Positions 63,210-64,000 of a stretch of DNA of 64,000 nt are shown piece after piece (positions within the stretch are counted from its first letter, which is position 1; every line of letters begins with the position of its first letter). Source of the DNA: Mantamonas sphyraenae STR306 (Eukaryota > Protista > CRuMs); contig JAPMXV010000058.1 of assembly GCA_026936335.1 (NCBI GenBank), positions 1-64,000 on the forward strand. Reading direction: 5' to 3'. The notes under the pieces were generated by a model that had not been told where the DNA came from, searched no databases, and saw only the letters and a list, made by a program, of their open reading frames with translations. A program made the position numbers and the translations under genes.

Positions 63210-64000
63210 TCATGTTTTGTTTTGCAGCACCAGCTTCATCTTGCTGGCTTTGCCACTTTTGCCCGCCGCCGGTTTGCGGCCACGTACGGCTGTGGTACGT
63301 CCACGCAGAACAGCAACAGGCTTGCTGGTCGGTTTCAGCGATGTCACAGCCGGACCTGTTTGCTCAGTGCCCTGCTTCGTCTCCTCATCCAAGTTGCCCT
63401 CCTCAACCAATTTCTTCGACGCCGCCACCTCCTCCTCCATCTTTTCCCCTTCCTCTTTCCCCTCCTTGGCCACGTGTCCATTTGTACTTTCCACTTCCAT
63501 CACACTGTCCTCCGTTTCGGTTGGTTCTGCCTTGTTCACAGGCTCCACCTCCACTGATGCCTCTTCGGCTTTCGCTGGTGCCGCCGCGGTGGTCGTCGTT
63601 GCGTCTTCCTCCGACTCCACTGTAACAGGTTCCGCCTTGGCCGTCTCTGTCTCCATGCCTTCCTCTGCTCCACCGTCACCATCGCCACTGCTGCTGCTGC
63701 TGCTGCTGCGTGGCTTCGACAGCAGCGCCTTTGTCAACACGCTGACGTTTGGCCCCTACTCCCTCTTCCTCCACGTCGGCCTTGCTGTCGTCATCTGCTC
63801 CATCCTCGACAGCACTTGCCTCTTCAGTGAGCTCGGCAGCCTTGCGCTTCTTGTTCTTCTTGGCCTTCTTTGGCCGCTTGCCGTCGGGAAAAACACACAG
63901 CGGCAACTTGGCTCGCTTGATGGGCAGGATAAAGAGACCAACATTGAGCGGCTTGGCGTCCCAGTCTGCAAACTGCATAAAGTCCTGGATGGGGCGAGAC
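63210..64000 (-). CDS. 3' part of a probable canonical poly(A) polymerase (runs off the window; apparent frameshift near 63710)
   Basis: PIQDF..W....IKRAKLPLCVFPDGKRP resembles the end of the PAP RNA-binding domain, followed by an NLS-like segment and an acidic tail. Confidence 0.55.

Overview
Left end of a chromosome from a GC-rich, extremely gene-dense eukaryote, probably a flagellated protist (the lineage cannot be determined from sequence alone). It has a (CCCTAA)n telomere, about 20 protein genes, many with short GT-AG introns, and intergenic gaps often of only 30-120 bp. Recognisable host genes are TBC1D31, a UFD2/UBE4 U-box ligase, DD3-3, an AGC kinase, PIG-U, alanine aminotransferase, a UBE3C-like HECT ligase, an IQCE-like IQ-repeat protein, MetAP1, CFAP96/C4orf47, UGGT, catalase-peroxidase KatG, an ankyrin-PH protein and the probable 3' end of poly(A) polymerase. 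An RNase MRP RNA gene lies at ~10.44-10.73 kb. The standout locus is at 21.4-24.7 kb: a spliced Fanzor2/TnpB-type RNA-guided nuclease gene (2 predicted introns, ~912 aa) with an intact rearranged RuvC triad and Zn finger and a long NLS-rich N-terminal extension. It is followed by a strongly structured ~300-nt non-coding segment (candidate omegaRNA), with no visible transposase or terminal repeats. Also notable are a telomere-adjacent gene made of four copies of an unrecognised domain, a catalytically degenerate two-domain nucleotide cyclase and a divergent FabZ-like protein. All family calls come from motif recognition by eye; no database search or folding program was run, and splice sites were checked only for GT/AG and frame consistency.
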